Assembly (NCBI GenBank): GCA_964010765.1
Contig: CAXGMD010000099.1
Location: 1-10,274, forward strand
Length of the DNA: 10,274 bases
Reading direction: 5' to 3'
DNA from: an uncultured bacterium
Lineage (GTDB): Bacteria > SAR324 > NAC60-12
The position numbers were made by a program, and so were the translations under genes. This document shows positions 7,925 to 10,274 of this stretch, one piece after another (positions within the stretch are counted from its first letter, which is position 1; each line of letters starts with the position of its first letter). The notes below the pieces were generated by a model that worked only from the letters and a program-made list of their open reading frames with translations, searched no databases and was not told where the DNA came from.

Positions 7925-8127
7925 TTAACCTTCAAATTCCACGGCAATCACTGCACAGCAATTGCCCTTCACCACTTTTCCAATCATTTGTAACCCGTAG
8001 AGAATCCCATCTGTTTCGTAGCACATTACCCTTGGTGGTTCAAAAGGGTTGGCCAAACTGTTTGCCGTCTCTCTCCAGATCTACCCGTGAGGAAGGCCGA
8101 GGAGCGACGAGTTGACTGAGTGTTCAT
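7925..8127 (-). pseudogene. Internally deleted, frameshifted remnant of a succinylglutamate desuccinylase/aspartoacylase (AstE/AspA, DoeB-like) deacylase gene
   Basis: GAGGAA RBS and ATG (8127) give MNTQSTRRSSAFLT. After one extra G (8084-8086 run) the reading continues VDLERDGKQFG, which resembles the family N-terminus. Another frame from 8056 gives LANPFEPPRVMCYETDGILYGLQMIGKVVKGNCCAVIAVEFEG-stop (7925), which resembles the family C-terminus. The stop lies 18 nt upstream of the amidohydrolase ATG. The family was recognised from memory, not from a search. Confidence 0.7.
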
Positions 8128-8356
8128 TTGGTTCCTCAAAAATTGACAAGAATTCAAATCTTGGTTTTGCGCCTCATCTTCTCGAATGTGCGTACCATTT
8201 TCTTTATCCGCTGCGTTTGCAAGATTTTTGGTTCGATTCTTTACACAATTTTGTGCTGCCTCTGCATCATTCTTTTTTCCTGAGCTGAAGATAAATCTGA
8301 AAATTGCAAAGAAGATAACAGATGGCTATTGGAAAAAAGTACTGAATTCGTCTAGA

Positions 8357-8375
8357 AATGATTACAAAAATCATT
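8357..8375. promoter_or_regulatory. Candidate operator: perfect 7-5-7 inverted repeat AATGATT-acaaa-AATCATT in the divergent intergenic region
   Basis: The palindrome is read directly from the sequence and lies between two divergent gene sets. The region is AT-rich, so chance occurrence is possible. Confidence 0.35.
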
Positions 8376-8523
8376 GTGCAGTCGAACGCATCTTAATCGT
8401 TCGGTTCACCCCGAGAAAGGGATGATCCATCCTGACGATTTTTCAGGTCTTTGTTGTTTGTTGAAGGCCACCAAAATACTTGTTTTAGCCGTCTTTCCAA
8501 AAGTATTCAGGAAAAGGAGCAGA

Positions 8524-9717
8524 ATGAAGATCACGGATCTAAAGTGCGCATTGATTGGCAAGAATCCAATCGTTCGGATTGTTACTGATGAAGGGATTTC
8601 AGGCTACGGAGAGGCTGAACAGTACAAGCCATATTTGAAGCCATGGGTTCTCCAATTTCGAGAAGCACTGATTGGAGAAGATCCCACTGATGTAGAGCGC
8701 TGCATGCTCAAGATCCGACAACGTGGTTCGTTCAAACCCTATGGGGCGCCAGTCTCGATCATTGAGCATGCGCTCTGGGATATTGCGGGAAAAGCGGCAG
8801 GAGTGCCTGTCTATAAATTGCTCGGTGGCAAAGTTCGGGATCAGGTGCGGACCTACAACGGCTCGATTCGTCGACCGATGGGGGAATGGACTCCGGAGGC
8901 AATGGCGGAGAACTGTCGGTGGATGAAATCCCTGCCCGAAGGCTTTGATATCGTCAAGCAGGGAATCGCCTTCCACTCACCAATGAAGAAGCTCGATCGT
9001 TTCTTCTATGGACAGGCAGCGCAAAGTCCCTTCCACGGACAAATGGATCAGGGGACCTTGACGGAACGCGGGCTCGCACTACTAGTCGATTGCGTAGCTG
9101 CCATGAAAGAAGTGCTAGGGGATGAAGTAGGACTCGCCCTAGACTGTGGTCCCGGATGGATGCCAGCAGATGCGCTACGCTTTGCCCGAGCTGTTGAGCC
9201 CTACAACCTGATGTGGCTGGAGGACATGCTCACCGGGGATTACGTGCCCTATGTGAATGCCGATGTCTATCGAGACCTGACCCACTCCACTTCCACCCCA
9301 ATCCACACAGGTGAACAGATCTATCTGCGCCAGAACTTCAAGGATCTGATCGAAAGACATGCAGTCAATGTCGTGGGACCCGATCCAGCAGATGTTGGTG
9401 GAATCGCTGAGTTGAAGTGGATTGCTGAATACGCCTACCTACATGGTATCCTGATGGCACCTCATGGGACAGGCAACGGCGTCTTAGGACTGGCAGCACT
9501 GATTCAAGTCTGTGCCACCTTACCCGCCAACTTCATCGCCTTTGAATACCCAACAGGACATGACCCCTGGTGGTATGAGATCGTAGAAGGCCTGCCCAAT
9601 CCCATCGTAAAGAACTCCATGATTGACGTGATCGAGCGACCGGGCATAGGTGTTGACCTGATCCCAGAAGCAGCAGCACAATATCTGGCTCCAGAAGATG
9701 CAGGCTTCTTCGATTGA
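8524..9717 (+). CDS. Mandelate racemase/muconate lactonizing enzyme family protein (enolase superfamily), probable acid-sugar dehydratase (397 aa)
   Basis: Start reassigned to the ATG at 8524 (AGGAG at 8515-8519, MKITDLK N-terminus). Motifs: VRIVTDEGISGYGE, ALWDIAGKAAGVPVYKLLGGKVRD, Mg ligands LD(CG)/WLE(D)/TGE(Q), GPD...APH Asp-His dyad, FEY and RPGIGVDL. Confidence 0.93.
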   Translation: MKITDLKCALIGKNPIVRIVTDEGISGYGEAEQYKPYLKPWVLQFREALIGEDPTDVERCMLKIRQRGSFKPYGAPVSIIEHALWDIAGKAAGVPVYKLLGGKVRDQVRTYNGSIRRPMGEWTPEAMAENCRWMKSLPEGFDIVKQGIAFHSPMKKLDRFFYGQAAQSPFHGQMDQGTLTERGLALLVDCVAAMKEVLGDEVGLALDCGPGWMPADALRFARAVEPYNLMWLEDMLTGDYVPYVNADVYRDLTHSTSTPIHTGEQIYLRQNFKDLIERHAVNVVGPDPADVGGIAELKWIAEYAYLHGILMAPHGTGNGVLGLAALIQVCATLPANFIAFEYPTGHDPWWYEIVEGLPNPIVKNSMIDVIERPGIGVDLIPEAAAQYLAPEDAGFFD

Positions 9718-9946
9718 GTGCTGAAGAGCGGGTTGCTGTTTGTTCGGAAAGAACTGTGCTTGGGAAACTTGCAAATCCAGATTCTTTTCTCTAGCTTCCG
9801 AATTCCAAGTCATTTATCAGAATGAAGGTCAACGCCTCCTGTAGCTTTTTCAATGTCACTGTTCACAGGAGACCAAGAGAATACCAAGGAATGTCCGGTG
9901 CTCCCTGCCTTTGACCTGTTCCAACAACTCTCAGCCAGGATTTCCA

Positions 9947-10274
9947 ATGCCCAACTGGAGTGATGTCGACACCCCTGCCGTATTGATCGATCTGGAAAAA
10001 GTCTCTGCCAACCTACTGCGCGTTCAAGGTTATGCGGACGCCAACGGTCTGACACTGCGACCCCACATCAAAACCCACAAGCTCCACCGCTTCGCAAATT
10101 TGCAGGTCGAATTCGGAGCCTGTGGAATCACTTGTCAAAAGGTGGGAGAAGCCGAGAGCATGGCAGCGGGGGGAATCCAGGACATCCTGATCACCTACAA
10201 TCTGGTTGGAGAAGCCAAACTGGAGCGACTGGCCAAGTTACACGAGAGCATCCGGGTGAGCGTGGTCACTGATA
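9947..10274 (+). CDS. Fold-type III PLP-dependent enzyme, D-threonine aldolase/D-serine dehydratase (DSD1)-like, 3'-truncated by the window edge
   Basis: Not in the ORF track because there is no stop in the window. Manual translation: MPNWSDVDTPAVLIDLEKVSANLLRVQGYADANGLTLRPHIKTHKLHRFANLQVEFGACGITCQKVGEAESMAAGGIQDILITYNLVGEAKLERL... It contains TPAVLID, the RPHxKTHK PLP-lysine motif and GITCQKxGEAE. AGGA RBS at 9937-9940. Confidence 0.92.
   Translation, partial: MPNWSDVDTPAVLIDLEKVSANLLRVQGYADANGLTLRPHIKTHKLHRFANLQVEFGACGITCQKVGEAESMAAGGIQDILITYNLVGEAKLERLAKLHESIRVSVVTD

Noticed and set aside
7925..8026. Stand-alone 33-aa small proteins (MCYETDG...AVEFEG and MNTQS...NHQG joined by TAATG), or a RidA fragment
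   Set aside because: Both are better explained together as pieces of one deleted AstE/AspA-like gene. The AVEFE similarity to RidA is too short.
8143..8148. Perfect TTGACA -35 hexamer on the + strand
   Set aside because: There is no acceptable -10 element 16-18 nt downstream, and it is far from the next + strand start.
8186..8425. 79-aa ORF in the divergent spacer
   Set aside because: It has no RBS or recognisable motif, and its low-complexity Phe/Lys composition is expected from AT-rich promoter DNA.
8374..8523. 50-codon N-terminal extension of the enolase-family ORF from the TTG at 8374
   Set aside because: It has no family resemblance and no RBS. The ATG at 8524 has AGGAG and gives the canonical MKIT start.
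9718..9946. Possible gene remnant or sRNA between the enolase-family and PLP genes
   Set aside because: The short ORFs there have no recognisable similarity, and no convincing hairpin or terminator was seen.
593..10055. Numerous short overlapping or antisense ORFs in the track (e.g. 2913-3299, 4681-5064, 6128-6730, 6225-6692, 8599-8976, 9520-9813, 9810-10055)
   Set aside because: They overlap well-supported genes and have no recognisable motifs, so they are shadow ORFs.
1..10274. Taxonomic assignment (gene content loosely suggests a marine heterotroph such as SAR324)
   Set aside because: There is no marker gene in the window, so this cannot be supported without a search.

Overview
Bacterial genomic window containing eight intact or edge-truncated protein genes and one probable pseudogene. 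No RNA genes, mobile elements or CRISPR arrays were seen. The AT-rich left part (1-3137) has the 3' portion of a MATE efflux transporter converging on a class III nucleotide cyclase-TolB-like-TPR gene. That cyclase has non-canonical residues at both base-specificity positions. The right part (3138-10274, roughly 50% GC) is a divergently transcribed catabolic locus. Reading leftward, it contains a collapsed AstE/AspA-like deacylase remnant not in the ORF track (7925-8127), a COG3964-type amidohydrolase/deacetylase, an uncharacterised 391-aa probable TIM-barrel protein, an SDR dehydrogenase, a GH172 (DUF2961) glycosidase and a GNAT acetyltransferase. Reading rightward, it contains a mandelate racemase-subgroup enolase-superfamily enzyme and the start of a fold-type III PLP enzyme (D-threonine aldolase/D-serine dehydratase family, also not in the ORF track). 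The best hypothesis, which is inference only, is an undescribed non-phosphorylative pathway for a glycoside, an N-acyl amino sugar or an amino sugar acid. All family calls come from motif recognition, not database searches.
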